A stretch of 64,000 bases of DNA. Source: Marsupella aquatica (lineage: Eukaryota > Plantae > Marchantiophyta). The number at the start of each line of letters is the position of its first letter. Position 1 is the stretch's first letter. Below the pieces are notes generated by a model, which was not told the DNA's origin, did not search any database, and saw nothing but the letters and a program-made list of their open reading frames with translations. Positions 12,386 through 25,863 of the stretch are shown in pieces. Both the position numbers and the translations under genes were made by a program. Where the stretch lies: contig OZ316896.1 in the NCBI GenBank assembly GCA_973895155.1, positions 8,949,539 to 9,013,538 on the forward strand. Direction: 5' to 3'.

Positions 12386-15300
12386 ATCCACATGTTTTGA
12401 AAGTGAATGAAATGATAAAAAATACCATCATAAATTTAATAAAACATATATAACATACCATATTTTTTTTCATGTATATTTTTTTAAAATTTAAAATTTA
12501 TTTTTATTTATCAACGAGAAAATCTGTGAAACCCCACAAAAAAAGAAGAGTCAACCACAATAGTTGAACCCAAGATCTACTAGTCTCTACTCAAGTAAAC
12601 TACCACAAAGTTATGCTTCTTTGGGCTGCCCATCCCTCTTTCTATGCACATATGTCATGATTTCATGGGATCATGATTTTTAATATAAATCTAAATCATG
12701 ACAAAAAACATGCATGATTATCATTAAATGACATACACCATAGTCATGAGTTTTCTCATTCACATGATGAGCCACATCCACATGATGAGCCATGGAATTA
12801 CAGTGCTTCACTCTAAAGCCTAGGCCCCAACTCTAGCTTGTAGTTGGCGCTTTATAAGTAATATTAGACCTTGCCCTACAATTGCTCATATAGTTAATGG
12901 GTCAAACATTTGGTTTGGGCTTTGGCCCACTATGGGACGGAGAAGTTCATTGCTTTCCTTGTTTCCCTTATTTTTGTCTTCTGGGAAAGATTGGAGGAGA
13001 CCCATCCTACAGGTATAAAATTCAATCCCTATCAAGAGAGTTTTGCATTAGTTTTAACTATCTTGTCCCCACCCTAGCCTTCATCCATTGCATGCACCCA
13101 AAGGTTAATTTGTTTCCATTGAATTCAGTAGGCCAATGTTCACTAATTACCCAACATGGTTTTTTTGGGGGGAAAGTGTGACAAAGCCCAAACCAAGTGA
13201 AAGAGGGGTCCTAGACTCCTGGTACATCACCTGGCAGATTCTCTTCTGGGAAGGGACTTAAAGCTTCATAAGATAAGTTGGATGGGAAACGTGGAAGTAT
13301 TGTAAACCTCAAAGGTCAGACTTATGCAGGCTAATCAGTTATAACTTATACCAAGCACACTCCAAACCTAATTGGAAGCTATTGGAAACTAAGGCTTGTT
13401 TCATTCATAATACGAGTCCAATGTACTTCAGGCAGATATATGGGTCTTGTCTAGTATGTTGATCTTGGGTTAAACAACCAGCAATGAAACTATATAAAGG
13501 GGAAGTGTCCAGACGGTGTCCAGAACTTCCCCATTTTCATATTCTAGTCACTTCCCTCTAAGTCTAGGATAGACTCCTACAAAATTTCAGGACAAACTCC
13601 TATATGTTAGGTATTTACTCAGGTCTAGAGTTACTATGTGACTGCGGGTGTGACTGCACTTAGTCAAACCATAGTCACCTGCTTGGTTATTGTTAGATGT
13701 GAAACTACTACTTAGTGACTACTTACAATAGCAGGATTTAGCTAGTGGGGTGAACTTAGGTTCAATGTTACAATGCTAGGTGGGAGATAAGAAGAACTTA
13801 GTATGTTGAGACTTGGTATGACCGACAAGGCTTAGAGTTCAGTAAAGTTCTCTTGTGTGTTCCCATGCACGTAATCTTTGGTGAGGTGAATCATTTACCT
13901 ACTCTGTAGATTACTTGCGGATTTGGTGGATGTTACATATCCACACATTGTCTCGTGAGTAAAGAAGGATTTACTCAACACTGACTGCAACATTCAACAC
14001 TGACTGCAAATGGTGCGACCTGGTGGATCCAAGTCTCATGAACAAGAATGGTGGTTTAAAAGGATGCCTTATTGGGAAGGACTGAGGAATGAAGCAGGGT
14101 TGAGGTCTTCCTTAATGTGTTCCTGAATCATTTTCATAATTGACATAGTTTCATCAAACACTTGATAAATTAACACTCAACAACAAAATTCACCCAAGAT
14201 CTGGCCAGAGTTTTCATAAGACTTATGGTAATAATTATGGTCCTGATATTACACCTCAATCTTCAAAGCAAAAGGAACATGAAAGTCAGCTACCCCTGAT
14301 AACAGCACTGCACTAGAGTTCAGGATAGTGGGCCCAAAGAAGGGACCTGCCACATAAAACTTTTTGCTAATGTTCAGTGGGCTGTTGTTGCAAGCACATG
14401 TAGCAGAATCTCTCTCTCCTTTGAAGGTATATGACCTACTAACTACTGTAGTGTGTTGCAGGCTTGCACACTGCAAGGTCTTGTGGTCAACTAATAAGAC
14501 AAGAGTAAGAAGGGGTCAGACAAATGGTCAGCGACAAGGTCATGCAGTCAACCAATTGTTTCCTTGTCACGTTGTTCCTCATTGTTCGAAATCAGTTAAT
14601 CATTGTCATTAGAATTGAGACACCTTTAGAAAATCAACTTTACATGTTGGGCCATCTATGAAACCATCCTCGTTTCCCTTGTTTTGTCTAGGTTAATTGG
14701 ATTTCTCTTCTTTTGTTCTTTCGTGGTGTGATTTGTTTTGTAGTGACCAGAGGTACTCTAGTTCCTTTCTTTCTCGGTCAATTGATAAGACAAGAGTAAG
14801 AAGGGGTCAGACAAAGTTTCAAAATGGTCAGCCAGAAGGTCAAACAGTCAACCAGCTGGTTCCTTGTCTCCTTGTTCCTCACGGTTTGAAATCCAATTTA
14901 TCAGTGACGTTTTCATGAGGGGAAAAACACCGATTTACTAAGAATGGTCAACAAACTACAATGGAGTAAAAGCCAACGAGGTCTATAGGGATGACAAGCA
15001 CCCACTCAAAAGTAAAAGGCCAACACAAACCCCAAAAAATCTAGAAAGAGCAACAAAAAAATAAACATACCATTCCAATACTGGAGTGAGCTATTAGTAT
15101 CTAGTGTAGTCACCCCGGGGTAGTCACTAAGTCTGCATGGATGTCCTTCAAAGCATCTGCTGAGACGCACACTAATGACGTTTTGGGAATTGGGACACCT
15201 TTAGAAGTCAAGCTTGCTTATTGGGCCATCTCTGAAAGCGCCCGTTTTAGTGGCCAGATTTACTCGAATTCATTATTTCTTGCTTGAAAGGAAACTACGT

Positions 15301-18300
15301 GAATTTCATTTTGCATGAAAGCCAATGTAGATCTACTCCAAGTACCATGATTGACTATAGTGGAAGTCAACAATACGAGTGGATGACACAAATGGACCAG
15401 AGTTGGTGGAAAAGGTAAGTGTAAGTTTGCTATGAAAAAGATAGGATCATGCCCCAAAGAAATCTGGAAAGTAGTGCCACACATGTGCCTCAAAAGGCAC
15501 TTATACTTCCAAGTCAAAAAAATACACTTACAGGTAGCTGTCCGGACAGAAAGGTCAGGTATCTTAACCCCTTTTTCCATCTTTTTGAATCACATGAGCC
15601 GCCATCCTAACTTGTACAGTTTTCATGGCCTGAATGTATCGTTGTTTATGTGGGGCTGAATTCCATGGTTAAGTATAAGTATCTGATATTAGTGATCCCC
15701 TCGATTGCGCTGTACAGTGGTTTACAACCTTTGCTAGATCCACAAATTACTTTTATCAATATTAGTGACGAAATTATTGCAATACTGGATTCACCTCACC
15801 CAAAAAGTGGGGATTATTCATGCTAGTAACATTAAAAAAAAATGTGAGAGGGCGGGCAGTAGGGGGGCAGGTGTACCCAAGGCTCATAATGAGCTGCCAG
15901 ATTGCCCTTCCTCTTAATATTGGTGGTGGCTGTAGTGTATTTACTTCTCAATGTTTGAAGCCAGTCTTTCTTTCTTAATTTAAATTTCTGCTTCCTCAGC
16001 CAAGATGTAGTTCTAGTGTTCTTCTAAGAAAATCAAGGCCAAGAGAAGCATAGGAAAATCTTGGGGCAAAAAGTACATGTGAATATCTTTCTGGTACTCC
16101 AATTCCCCAACCACTACCCTCTACTCAACTTAATGTAAACAAATGGACACCACTCTTCAAAGATCCCCACTACTTCTCATTGTTCACGGAGATTGAAAGG
16201 AAATGGGTATTTCTCCTAAAGATGAATGAGACGGATCACCTACTACATTCCAGCTATGTCAGTGTATCCAATTTATGTTGGTCGATTCCAGAGAAAATCG
16301 CCCTTCATATTCTATGAGTCTTAACAAATTACCTTTGAATACACATGAAAAAAGGTCCATGCAAGAAGTAATTGAGGCGACCATGGTAGGGAAAACCCTT
16401 GCACCTATTTTTACATTTGACACCTATAAGTACAATTAGCCTTCCACACACACATAGTCTAGCATGCCTTCACTGAAGCCCCTTACACATGAATGCACAA
16501 TCATAAGATAAAATAAAGACAAATGCACATAGAAAGCAAGAAATTGGAAAACCCAGATGATCCTTGAATGTACCCAACCATGCAATTCAGATGGACCTCG
16601 AGTGTAGCACAGTCACTAGTACAAGAAAAAGGTGCCAGGCTGGTTGCTTAGCCAAGTTGAGGAGAAGTTGAAACCCATCTTACTTTTAGCACTTCTACTT
16701 CTTTCAAATGTGATAGAAATCAAGACAAAAAACATTTTTTAGATGGCCTATATGGTGCCCAATTTGATGACACTTCTAAACAGCTAAACGTACAGTGGTT
16801 GTTTTGACAATGAGTGGTTGTGGAGTCCAGCTGATAGAGATGATTGATAGCTACAATCACCTGTTAGAATTTATTAGGTTTGCTACATACTATTTTTTAC
16901 TAATACAAACATGCTATTGGACATAATTTAAATCAGGAAATTACAATCAGGATTTCTAACAATCAAAGAGTTAGAAGAAGGTTGCATTAACAGCCAAGCT
17001 TTGTTGAAATATGAGATTTACTACTGTCTTTGCCACCTTTTATGTGTGAGATTATTAAGTTGCTATGCTTTTTAGATTATTTACTAGAATGCCACCTTTT
17101 TCTAGCAATGATTAAGCTAACCACCTATGGTTAACTCATAATCATCCAACTATTGAAATCATGCCACGTGTCTGAATCAGAGAAATAATATGGACATCCC
17201 TCAACAAATGGAACCTAACCTGTTCTGCCCCAACTGAAGGAGTTGGTCCCCTAGCCCGCCCTCTCTTGCCGGCTGAAATATCTTCCTGGTGCTTTCCATC
17301 CATTCCAATCAATCCCGTCATCTCCAAATCCTGGTTTCAGCGCAGGAGCAAAACACACACATTCAATGTAATTTGCTCAACATCTGGAAATTATAGATCA
17401 CACAAAAAGTGCAGATGTTCATAGAGCAAAGCAATGGCAGCAAACTAAGGGCAATATTTCAATAAGGATCCATTACTAAAAAACGACTACATTCTAGTAT
17501 ATATTTCAAAAAGCATTGCAAGGTAATAATTTCCCACAAAAAGGGTGGCAACATAATAAATCTCAGTTGTTGAAATAGTGTTAGGGGCATGGCTCTATAT
17601 GAAGTTGAGTCCTCAGCAGAAATCTGTGGGGTTCCTGTAAAATTCTCAGTTGTGACCCTTCCGAATATTCATACAGGCACTTAGTAATGATATAGGTTGA
17701 AATGAACCACAACATTGCAGCTCAACTCCAAAGTAGCAGAAACAACGACTCACAAAGGTACTGTAGGACCAACAACAACAACAATTGTAGCATCCAAAAA
17801 TAAGTGAGCCATGTAAGAGACATGCATACTTAGGAAAATGCTGACCAATTTAGATCTGCAATGTGGATATAATAAGAACTAGCTTGAATCACCAACAATT
17901 GCCCATCCTCAAAATTGAAACTCTTGTTGCGACATTGTTGCTGTCTAACACTGGCATTGTGGACAATCACAAGGAAGCAGGCCTTGCAAAATAGCAGCTA
18001 CAACAATGTCTTCCTTGTTGTCGCTAGTTACGGACCCCACTAGAGGTTCCTTCCAAAATTCCTGGCACCACAGCATGCCATGTCAGCAACAACCGCAACA
18101 AACAAGAATGGTCATGTTTGTGCAATGAATAAACTCCTCTCCATCTTCTTTACATCGCTTTTCGTGTAATTTTATGGACGCCGTGCCGTCAAAACATAAT
18201 GTAAAAGTAATTAAAAGTAATTCATCCAAATCTATTGATACAAAGGGCGAGATTAAAAACATTCACCCATATTCTCTTTACTTAAATTTATAAATGTTTT

Positions 18301-21300
18301 TTTGTAAAAGTAAATAGTGTTCAACTTAAACAGTAACCGTATTCCTGTGTAACTGCCGAAATAAAACCGTCAGAACAAAAGAAGCACATCAACATTTCGA
18401 AAGGGAGGAAGGCTTTTGATGAAAGTAATGAAAAGAGGAAAGCTCGAAAGGAGTTTTGCCTCTTGAAGTGCAAAGTAAAGAGGAATGCTGGAGAAACAAA
18501 ATCAAAAAAGATCAGAAGCCAAATGAAGAAAGCAAAAATGAGAACTGATCGAGGACAGAAAAGAGGCGCAGCACATCTTAATCAGAAACAAATAGATCGA
18601 GCAGAAAGAAGGAGAAGCAAAGAGAATCGATAAGGACATCGATAAGGACTTTGACTAGCAACGAATGCAGGTCAAAACTCTAATCTATACACGACAGGAG
18701 AGGACAGTAGCCATGCACGACAGGGGAGGTAATTGCTTACGCAGGGCATGGCCTGGTGACGCATTTTAGCAGTAGATTCACCTTTGTGTGATGTCCGATT
18801 CGAGAACATGTCGATTTATTGTACGCCTGCTGCTTTCCGTATTTCTTCCGTTTACCGCACTCCATTTGCTCCGAAGTCCGAGATGAAAGCATGTCACTTA
18901 AATCTTCCCCTTCTGCCTTCCTTTCAACAATAATTAAGTAATGTTTCCATTTACTCCTGAGTCTGAAGATGAAAACATCTCGTCAAGTATGACGGACGCA
19001 CGTGGAGATCGACCAAAAGCTTACATCTGTTTCTCGAAGCTTTTCCAACTCCTTCATCTTGGTCTGCAATATACCAAATTCTGCACTTTCTGCTGTACCA
19101 GAACTTTCTGATTCCCTCGATCAGTTCTTGCGTGCGCTCTTGTAGCTTCTTTTCTAAATCGGCCACACGGACCCGGAGTTCATCCTGTTCCTGCGTAAAC
19201 CTTCCTTCAATTCTTTTGTCTGGAACATGATTCTCTGAATGACAATTCACCACAGAGCCTTGTGATGAGATGAATTTGAGTGAGAACAAACAAGCCAAGT
19301 CAGACAGTACTCAAAATTAGGACTCGAGAAATTACGGAACCTTCTCGACCTTAATTAGCTCTTCCGAAAGCTGCAGGAGAGAAACAAAATCGGGAAAATG
19401 CAATCGCCGATGTCAACTATATATTAACTATTGACCTTTGATTGATTGTGTTCACAAAACGTGTGAGTTAATTACTTTTACACAGCATGTTACTAACCGC
19501 GGTTTGTAGTGGAGGTCCCTAGTCTCACCAGTTCTCGCTGATTGAGTTTGATGTTTCCATAGACTAAACCCAATGTCTGATTGTGATTCATAGAAATTTA
19601 CTGTCGGCATTGAAGAGGAGTAAAGGTCGGTTTACAATTCTGCACATTGAAAAACCTCATTTCATCTCCCCTGCCGTGTGCTGAATTGCGCAAAGCAGTA
19701 GGGAAGTTTAGTTTTCTGTTCCAAATTCCAATCAGGACTTCACTGTTTAATTTCCTTGTTTAATAAAATGATCGGCTCTGCCTTTGTTTTGTAACTTTTT
19801 CAATCTGCTTTCGACTCAAGTTTGTGGATATTAGATTAATTTTGAGCAGCAGGCAACACTTCGATTGGAAGCCAATCCATGTCGACCAAAATTGGTGCTG
19901 AATTGAAACTGGTTGGAATCATGTCACAAAGCATTAATAAATAAGATATCAATGTCGCGTGAGAATTTAGAGTCACTTATAATCTGCATCATTCTGCTCC
20001 AGAGACTCCTTACAGATACACATTCGGCCCTTACCTTTGTTGGTGGCTCTTAACTTTACTGCGCCCTGAGATTTCCCACCATGTTTTTCCAGATAGATTT
20101 TTTTGTTCGAGTGGGCCATACACGATCGGGGCAGAGAAGAGCTGTAAGGCAGCAACCTGAGCAGAAGAAAAAGGCAAAAGCAGATCGATCAAACAAGGTC
20201 AACTTTCTTATGAGCACCTCCTTGTCAAACACACTGAGTAATTAATTGTCATTCTCGGGTGAGAATTGTAAATATGTGGAGTCGAGTTAGGAACGATCTT
20301 GTCCTCAGCATGGAGTCAGTGCTCAATAATAGACTCTTCGCCCTTGGGTACTGTAATATCATGTGCTTTCAGGAATTGAAGTCAGCAACATACACTTTCG
20401 CAGTCATTTATAGCCAAACTTGCTGACGACGTCCACTTGGCAATTGCAATGCTGTCCCTAAACTGGCACCTCAAAATTCATGTTCAGTGTCAAGTAGTTT
20501 GGCCAAGACTTACACCAAAGCGCCTATGATTAGGGCATTCACCATTTTTTCCTTCACGAGCAAGGAAACTAACTTATACTATACATCAAAGAGCTACAGT
20601 TGAAATGCCTCCATGTATTGAGATTCTATAGCCTTGAACTTAGCGACCTCCCACAAGCCGATCTTGAAAGGAGAGCAAATGAACAATCGTCTCGATTAAG
20701 CTGGCCCAAAAAAGTCATTGTAATGCATCACAGTCGAGTTCCTGCGAGCCGAAGGGTTTTGGTAATCGAGACTGATCTTGAAAGGAGAGCAGATGATCAC
20801 AACTCAACTTCAAAATAGTAAACGCATTCAGTCCTAGTACAAGAACTCAATGGCTAAACACCCGGCGAAATAAAAAGGAGTAACACACGACAGCAGTTCG
20901 TTAATACAACTTGGGCTGCTGCCAAATCACAGCATAGGACAAATCCTTATTTCAAGGAGGCCAGAATCATAACAGACAGTAGCAATCTGCATGTAGAGAA
21001 ACCCTACCCATACTTAGAGCCTCAATGTCGCTTGCAACTCCGCTTTCTTTGAACACCTTCTCTGGATGATTATCACCAATGACCCGGCCGCCAGAAATTC
21101 TCATCTGGAGGACCTCATTGATGGCTTCGAGGATAGCCCGTTTTGAGAGAACCCTTCTTCTTCCTCTCATAGCATGACGTCGGGGAAAGAACTATTCGAC
21201 CGTTTTCCGAACAGACGGCCTGATCTAGACCAGTGCATTACTCTTGATCTGGTTTCATCGTCTCTTTTAACTTATTTCTTACGAGTTTTTGACCCTGGAT

Positions 21301-21419
21301 GGGTCAACTCAGAGTTTTGCGGCAAGTGTTATTGAGATGTTGTCCAAATGATCTATCTGACCAATGGTCCTTCAATAATTTCCAATCAGACAAAGTGAAG
21401 TTGCCATAAGGAGAAACGT

Positions 21420-22700
21420 ATGTGCCATGTCGGAAAAGTTTCTTCGCCGCCCCGGGCTGTCTACACACAAAGAGAGCAGAGAAAGCCAATAATTAGATTG
21501 TCGCTCGGACCTGTTTGTCGAGTTACCCTAGGGGACAGCCATCCGCATCCATGTTGGACAGTTTACCGTCCCATGGTCAAATCGTATGCAGCAGGCAACC
21601 CTTAGGACAAGGAGTGATGCATGGCAATCACGGTCCACACATTGTAAGCTTGCGTGCAGCTCTCCATCACTGTCTGCAACAATTGAATGATGGAATAAGG
21701 ATAAAACTGAAGACTGTCTTGTCTCTACCACTCATATTCTGTTGAGAGATCACTCTCTCTCATGCATCATCTTTCGAAGCAGCTTCTTATAACATGCAAA
21801 TGGTCAGCGGCTGTTTAGGTTCCCTGGGAGTTTGCTCCAAACTTGATGAGGGACCAAAGTCTCCCATGCGTCGCCTTTCGAAGCACCTTCGTCTAACAGG
21901 CGAAGGTAAGCGCTGCTCTCTATGTTCTCTCGGACTTGGCCGTATTTGCCTCACGTTTTATTTTCCTTTCAGGTTCTTCCCTGCGTTCATATCCGTGCTT
22001 GGTTAACATGCAGACTGATACTTTCTCACTGTCCCGGCCAACCCGAGAGGATTTTGTTGTCCATCTCAAACCCTCATGCAGGTGCTTACGCAGTAATCCC
22101 ACGCAGTAACGCATATCTTTTGCAGCGGCTTATTCAGATACTATCGTTGTATATATTCTCACAGCTCCATGGCTGCGTGACTGGATGTGCATGATATTAG
22201 CTGCTTCTATTGAGATATTTGCACACTCTGTTCCATCCCGAGGTCAAATTAAGACGTCTGAGTCAGTTCAATGGACTTATTGGATGCAAGTGCGGTTTGA
22301 AAATGACTTGTGCTATCTCTTCCCGGTGTATCCAGGTTATGTCTATGCCAAGCAGAAGCGTGCGTGTGTTCGGCCGCTTGGCGATGGACGTGTGCATTTG
22401 AAAAAGGACGTTACGATTGTGGATCCGTAAGTTCTCGTGTTCTTTGTCGTTTCGTCTGGTTTTATTATCTGTTTTCGCCTTTGAAGGCTTTTTTACAAAA
22501 AGTGCATCTAAGAATTCTATACCATGAGTCTGAAGCGCGGAAGAATGTTCGCATAGATCTACAACGCTGCCCGGTGCATGTATTGATTTATCTCGTTTCA
22601 GGACCTCAACTGCGTTCCCAAAGTGAACTACCAAGTTCTTAGACTTTATAATGTGCAGGGTGGGTATTGAGAGATAAACCTACCCCAAGTTTTTGATATT
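21420..22700 (+). pseudogene. Possible spliced gene or gene remnant of unknown function
   Basis: Plausible GT-AG introns at ~21906-21972, ~22082-22163 and ~22427-22487 link short open segments. In-frame stops are present and no domain was recognised. Confidence 0.3.
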
Positions 22701-22947
22701 GTTTGTCATCGTGTCCCGACCCAGACCTGTAGGACGTATGCTGAATCATTTGGGTAGAGTTATCCAGGAGATTGTTGCTTTGTAGTAGGGTTCGATGTCA
22801 TTGTTGATCTTGCTTGTCATAACTAAATGGTGTGAACACTTTTTCCTAATCAACACTAATTAATAAGAATGTTAAGTCACACACTTTGTATATATTGAGA
22901 GTACACTATCTGAGTCTCAGTTTTATACCCAGATACTCGTACAGTGT

Positions 22948-24382
22948 GTATTTTATAGGCTAGGCTATCTTACTAATAATTTGCAAAGCTACTTAAGGCC
23001 TATGGTCTAGAGTTGGCAACTCCCAATAAAGACAAAACTGATAATGAGTCTTTAATAATCACACAACTTAAAAAATGAAGATAAACAAAAAAACAGTATG
23101 GGGGAGGGTGAACAAAGAACTATATGGGCAAAGATGAACCCAAATTAAAGCATACTTAGAATTGTTTCCGTGCAAGCTCTTTCTTTCTACATATCTCTAC
23201 TTTCAAGGAACCTTGGGTAAGAGGCCTAGCTAGTGTAACTTACTACAGGTGGACACTTTATCTAATGGAAAGTTTGTTTGGTACTCACACAAGTCTTCTT
23301 GCAGAAAGGGCATGCTGTGTCGGCCGACTTACTTAATGGTGTTCGGGAAGTTGGACGTGAGTTTTCAAGTTACCTAGAGAAGTGAAGCTCCGGATAAGTT
23401 AAACAGCGCTTCTACATACAAGTTTGTTGTCTCCTGACATCAAGTTCTTCCTGCTTTTTGTGTGGTCCCTAACATGATTATTGAACCCTAAACTCCTTGC
23501 TATTTTCTAATATAATTTTTGGTTATTTAATTTGGCATTTACTTTGTTGCGGTCCTTTTAAGGCGGTTTAGTTTGCTTCGAATCCGGACCAATTCCAAAT
23601 CATAGCCATGTCTGAATTGTTTTTTGTCATTACAATTTTGAATTGCAACAAAGATCCTCACTTCATAAACAACATGAAATTAGATTGACACCTGAAATAA
23701 ACTTAAGTGAGTCACAATTTTATGTGAGATGTATTTTATAGGCTAAGCTATCTTACTAATAATTTGCAAAGCTACTTAAGGCCTATGGTCTAGAGTTGGC
23801 AACTCCCAATAAAGAAAAAACTGATAATGAGTCTTTAATAATCACACAACTTAAAAAATGAAGAAAAGAAAGAGTATGGGGGAGGGTGGACAAAGAACTA
23901 GATTGGCAAAGATGAACCCAAATTAAAGCATACTTAGAATTGTTTCCGTGTTAGTGTAACTTACTAGAGGTTTAAAGTTTGTTTGGTACTCACACAAGTC
24001 TTCTTGTAGAAAGGGCATGGTGTGTCGGCCGACTTACTTAATGGTGTTCGGGAAGTTGGACGTGAGTTTTCAAGTTACCTAGAGAAGAGAAGCTTTGGAT
24101 AAGTTAAACAACGCTTCTACATATAGGTTTGCTGTCTCCTGACATCAAGTTCTTCCTGCTTTTTGTGTGGTCCCTAACATGATTATTGAACCCTAAACTC
24201 CTTACTATTTTCTAATATAATTTTTGGTTATTTAATTTGGCATTTACTCTGTTGCGGTCCTTTTAAGACGGTTTAGTGTGCTTCGAATCCGGACCAACTC
24301 CAAATCATAGCCATGTTTGAATTGCTTTTTGTCATTACAATTTTGAATTGCAACAAAGATCCTCACTTTGTAAAGAACATGA
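22948..24382. repeat. Tandem duplication of a ~0.65-0.75 kb unit
   Basis: Copy 1 (~22948-23680) and copy 2 (~23731-24382) are near-identical; copy 2 has internal deletions. Confidence 0.9.
24010..24095 (+). pseudogene. 2-oxoglutarate/Fe(II) dioxygenase N-terminal (DIOX_N) exon fragment; second copy at ~23305-23390
   Basis: Translates as KGHGVSADLLNGVREVGREF/(frameshift)KLPREEK, matching the NHGV...L...V....EFF.LP.EEK signature. Confidence 0.65.
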
Positions 24383-24498
24383 AGTAAAAAAATTTAATAT
24401 ATACATATATATACAAATATATCTTTATATTGACTGAGTATTAAACCTATATAATTCATTAGATTAGATTACAAGGTTCTATAGTTGCCTGTACCAAT

Positions 24499-24783
24499 TC
24501 ACAAACTAAGGCGGTAGGTCGCTTCGCTTACGATAGCTTCCAAAAATCTCTGAGATTGCCAATTATTCTCGGCCTGGTCATAACCAGCCCACTTCACCAA
24601 ATACTCTAAGATTTGCCTTCCCAACTTGCGTTTGTAATGAACGTATAGAATTGCCTCCACCTCAAACTCCTCAACGTCCTCCATTAGCATAGCGTCCAAA
24701 TGCAAGACTTGATCCCGGTTGGGATCATCGTCTTGGACAAATTTCTTGATTCGGCTAACATGGTAGCTTTTGCCCACGCCCAT
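24499..24783 (-). pseudogene. Ty3/gypsy chromovirus integrase C-terminus + chromodomain fragment
   Basis: YHVSRIKKF...EEFEVEAIL...RKLGR..LEYLVKWAGY...EN.W. Confidence 0.85.
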
Positions 24784-24914
24784 TTACTTGCGGGTTTACT
24801 TGGGTGTCTCCAACACCACCTAAACCGTATTATCGTGTGAATGATGCGATAGGGTTTTGCATACCTAGGAGAACTATACCTTGATTGGTAACTATACCTT
24901 AATGTAAGTACTGC

Positions 24915-25067
24915 TCTAACCAAAATACCTGGGAGAACTATGCCTTGACTTGGTACAAGTCTTGGAAGAAGTCACAAGAGGACTCCTACTTGCCGTTAAC
25001 TTGGGAAAACCTAGTTGAGGTTCTTCGTGCTCATGTCACCACTAAGTATCTAGAGCGGAACGCTTAG
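24915..25067 (+). repeat. Ty3/gypsy gag-like fragment; left half of the target site of element A
   Basis: NYALTWYKSW...LTWENLVE.LR (retrotransposon gag-like). Near-identical copy at ~47520-47652. Confidence 0.65.
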
Positions 25068-25084
25068 AACCCCAATTTAAGGAA
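25068..25084 (+). repeat. Left TIR of element A
   Basis: AACCCCAATTTAAGGAA, the exact reverse complement of 47452-47468. Confidence 0.9.
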
Positions 25085-25863
25085 TACTGAAGTATTAGAT
25101 TAATTCCAATTTTATCTAAATATTATTAGTTAGTGAATGATCAACCTCTTTAACATTTGGTGGGATAGTCAAAAACTTCAAATGTTTTGTTGCAAGATCT
25201 TTATAACAATGCATCACTAAATGACATCAAGTACCTCTTGATCCATGCACAAATCCTTAATTAAACTGTCATTCATTATTTGTTTTAATTGTCTATTTAA
25301 TTACTATAGGGTTGAATACAAAAAAGATTGACACGCACCAGGGTGCGTGACCTACAATCATAGTAAGTACCACCCTTTAATTAGTTAGTTTCTTTACAAC
25401 AATTAATAGGATTGTTGTATATTACAATGTCTACTGGACATTCATTTGAATGTCAATAATATCATGCCTTAATATCACCAAACTAAGGCCCCACTAACTA
25501 ATATTATATCTTAAATAAACTAACCAACTAACTAACTTGTCTATTTAATTACTATAGGGTTGAATACAGAAAAGATTGACATGCACCAGGGTGGGGGACC
25601 TACAATCATAGTATCACCCTTTAATTAGTTAGTTTCTATTGCTTTGACTCAATCAGGCATGGAACCATATAAAATCAGAAATCATTGAAAGTTGAGTTCA
25701 CTTGAAGGTGTAACTATAATTATTATTTATTAATAGGATTGTTGTATATTACAATGTCTACTGGACATTCATTTGAATGTCAAAAATATCATGCCTTAAT
25801 ATCACCAAACTAAGGCCCCACTAACTAATATTATATCTTAAATAAACTAACCAACTAACTAAC

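Noticed and set aside
12400-17100. AT-rich region with local duplications (14480-14600 vs 14775-14900) and possible decayed TE coding sequence
   Set aside because: No termini, TSD or recognisable protein motifs could be established.
17142-21170. Scattered short minus-strand ORFs (one coiled-coil-like at 18951-19298) that might be exons
   Set aside because: I could not build a consistent splice model or recognise a domain.
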